Positions 61,976 through 64,000 of a stretch of DNA of 64,000 nucleotides are shown piece by piece. The notes under the pieces were generated by a model. The model saw only the letters and a program-made list of their open reading frames with translations. It made no database searches and was not told where the DNA came from. Made by a program: the position numbers and the translations under genes. Source of the DNA: Alphaproteobacteria bacterium (GTDB taxonomy: Bacteria > Pseudomonadota > Alphaproteobacteria > JBFXJJ01); NCBI GenBank assembly GCA_050175015.1, contig JBFXJJ010000001.1, forward strand, positions 64,001 through 128,000, in the 5' to 3' direction. Positions within the stretch are counted from its first letter, which is position 1. Each line of letters opens with the position of its first letter.

Positions 61976-63091
61976 ATGAGTAACAAACCTTTTCGAGTTT
62001 TAAGTTTGGATGGTGGTGGAATGAGGGGAATATATTCTGCCATTTACCTAAAAAAGCTTGCAGATTCTTGCGCAAAAAACAAGGGATTTAAGACACTTGA
62101 TATCGGCAAAGCATTTGATTTGATTGTCGGCACAAGCACCGGTGGCATCTTGGCATGTGCGCTTGCGTTTGGAGCGCCCCTTTCTAAGGTTATAGAACTG
62201 TATAGGAATGAAGGGCCTCGAATTTTTCAATCTCAACTTCCATCAGGTATTAACGTAGAACTTGGCAGGCAGCTCTTAATGCGCCCAATAGAATTAAGAA
62301 GTGGCGCGCAAGCATTAAAAAGAGCTTTGAGCCACGTTTTCTTAGGAGAAACAATGGAAAGCCTTTATGAGCGCAGGAAAATTGCTTTGGCTATTCCTTC
62401 CGTCAATATGCATACACATAGTGCGTGGGTTTTCAAAACCCCACATCTTTTAGGCAACAACGGAAGAGATAACAAATATACCCTTGTTGATGTTTGTTTG
62501 GCCACTAGTGCCGCACCGATATTCAGAAGTTTAGAAGCCATAGAAGAACCGGGTGGTTATGGAACATATCATGTCTTTACAGATGGTGGCTTGTGGGCAA
62601 ACAACCCTGTTTTAGTTGCTTTACTCGAAGCTTTGCGAATGACGGAACATGGACGTTCAATAGAAATTTTTTCTTTAGGAACATGCCCTAAACCTGTCGG
62701 TGAAAATCTGTCAAAAGAAGAAGTCAACAGAGGACTTCTTGAGTGGAAATTCGGAGGAAAAATTTCCGAGCTTTCAATAGACGCTCAGGAATTTGCATAC
62801 GATCATATGGCAAGAATGTTCGCCGGAGCAATTAATCGTCCCTGCAATATATTACGCTTTCCTACAGCAAATATTCCTCCTGATGATATAAAGTTTTTAA
62901 ACTTGGATGAAACCTCCAAAGAAGGATTAGAGGCGTTAACGCGTTTGGCTCTTCGTGATGCAGATATTGCAAATTCAAAAATTCAGGATCCAAAGAGTGA
63001 AGAAGGCGCAATGATCAAACGGTTGTTTGATGACATGCCAAAGTCAGAAAAGCCAAAGCCTTACGGCCTTGCGGTGGAATGTAATAGCTAA
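61976..63091 (+). CDS. capV: Patatin-like phospholipase, CBASS effector (CapV-like)
   Basis: DGGGMRG, GTSTG nucleophile, DGGLWANNP; directly upstream of a CD-NTase. Confidence 0.88.
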   Translation: MSNKPFRVLSLDGGGMRGIYSAIYLKKLADSCAKNKGFKTLDIGKAFDLIVGTSTGGILACALAFGAPLSKVIELYRNEGPRIFQSQLPSGINVELGRQLLMRPIELRSGAQALKRALSHVFLGETMESLYERRKIALAIPSVNMHTHSAWVFKTPHLLGNNGRDNKYTLVDVCLATSAAPIFRSLEAIEEPGGYGTYHVFTDGGLWANNPVLVALLEALRMTEHGRSIEIFSLGTCPKPVGENLSKEEVNRGLLEWKFGGKISELSIDAQEFAYDHMARMFAGAINRPCNILRFPTANIPPDDIKFLNLDETSKEGLEALTRLALRDADIANSKIQDPKSEEGAMIKRLFDDMPKSEKPKPYGLAVECNS

Positions 63092-63164
63092 AAATAATCC
63101 TATTTTCATAGGTCTTCTTGGGGGCCTATTAACAGCCTGTTTACTAGATGAAAAGGAATGCAAG

Positions 63165-64000
63165 ATGCTTGATTGTTCAAAAGAAATAAGAAAATTTCAT
63201 GACGAAGAGGTTACTCTTCAGTCTGCCCAACAGAATGAAATGAGAGAAAGACGAAATTCTAATCGTGATCGGCTAAAGAGTGGACTTAAAAACAATGGGA
63301 AACCAAGTCCTATATATTTACGCTCACAAGGCTCTTACGCCATGCGTACAATGGTTCAAGATGCAGAAAACGATTACGATATTGATGATGGTATGTATTT
63401 CAAACAGGAAGACCTAAAAACAAGTCAAGGCAATGACATGTCCGCATTATCCGTAAGGAACATGATTTGTGATATCATTCAGGATGAACGATTTAATAAC
63501 AAACCTGAAGTGAAGAACAATTGTGTAAGAGTTTACTATAATGACGGCTCTCATATTGATGTTCCTGCGTACCGTATAATAATAGAAAAGGATTTTTTGG
63601 GCAATGAAACAGAGAACTTTGAACTAGCCAGTTCCGATTGGAAAGCAAGCGATCCAAGAAAGGTGACAGACTGGCTAAGAGATACCGCAAAAGATAAAAG
63701 CCCAGATGATGATCCAGATCAATTCCGCAGAATCGTCCGCTTGTTAAAAGCTTTTTCAAAAAGTCGCTCAGGTTGGAAAACAGACAAAGGTGCAAGTGGC
63801 TTTACTATTACTAAGCTTACACAAGAAGTTTTTGTGGCTGCTTCAGGACGTGATGATGAATCTCTACATAAAACAATGAAAGCTATTAAACAACGCTTAG
63901 ACTTAAATTTAAGCGTTTACCATCCTGTTATCCATGGAGAAAAGCTCGCAAAAAATGATGATGTTAGAACACGTCGTTTTAAAGAACGGTTAGAACAAAA
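63165..64000 (+). CDS. cGAS/DncV-like nucleotidyltransferase (CD-NTase), truncated by window edge; absent from ORF track
   Basis: ATG at 63165 after AAAGGA; MLDCSKEIRKFHDEEV...RSQGSYAMRTMVQDAENDYDIDDG...HIDVPAY; GS-x-DxD plus third Asp; frame appears open to the edge. Confidence 0.9.
   Translation, partial: MLDCSKEIRKFHDEEVTLQSAQQNEMRERRNSNRDRLKSGLKNNGKPSPIYLRSQGSYAMRTMVQDAENDYDIDDGMYFKQEDLKTSQGNDMSALSVRNMICDIIQDERFNNKPEVKNNCVRVYYNDGSHIDVPAYRIIIEKDFLGNETENFELASSDWKASDPRKVTDWLRDTAKDKSPDDDPDQFRRIVRLLKAFSKSRSGWKTDKGASGFTITKLTQEVFVAASGRDDESLHKTMKAIKQRLDLNLSVYHPVIHGEKLAKNDDVRTRRFKERLEQ

Larger units (their letters stand above)
50837..64000. mobile_element. tRNA-Lys-integrated genomic (defence) island, right end outside window
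   Basis: Begins at the tRNA anticodon-loop junction; TTCCCGC direct repeat at 50942 and 50953; carries defence genes, an HUH endonuclease and a phage-type regulatory RNA; no integrase in the window. Confidence 0.7.

Noticed and set aside
369-62236. Numerous 60-130 aa ORFs nested in or antisense to well-supported genes
   Set aside because: They overlap confidently assigned CDSs and carry no motifs; treated as six-frame noise.
63493-63795. 100-aa minus-strand ORF from the track
   Set aside because: It is the antisense shadow of the CD-NTase reading frame.

Overview
AT-rich alphaproteobacterial chromosome segment (gene order resembles Rhodospirillales). Bases 1-27,100 are mostly housekeeping: recF (partial), dnaN, dnaA, rpsT, enoyl-CoA hydratase, mutM, a degenerate ubiB, dut, irr/fur, an EF-G paralog, aspartate aminotransferase, uvrB, a Ca/Na antiporter, glgX, metH, metF and rlmD. 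Bases 27,100-35,200 are a methyltransferase-rich surface-glycan cluster, next to a complete Tad/Flp pilus locus (35,457-48,522). A displaced 3' half of tRNA-Lys(CTT) at 50,792-50,836 marks the left boundary of an integrated island that runs off the right edge. The island carries a Dsr1-like sirtuin, two orphan genes, an HUH endonuclease, a DUF1232 gene, and a CapW-regulated CBASS operon (DUF2188, small hypothetical, patatin effector, CD-NTase truncated by the window edge). The most interesting unannotated signals are (1) a P1 c4 / P4 CI-like antisense-RNA attenuator in front of the DUF1232 gene, with a second degenerate copy of its target, (2) a speF/alpha-r45-like structured element stranded between dnaA and dnaN, (3) a 17-bp triplicated putative CapW operator and (4) the HUH module. 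All family assignments come from motif recognition by eye; no database searches were run.
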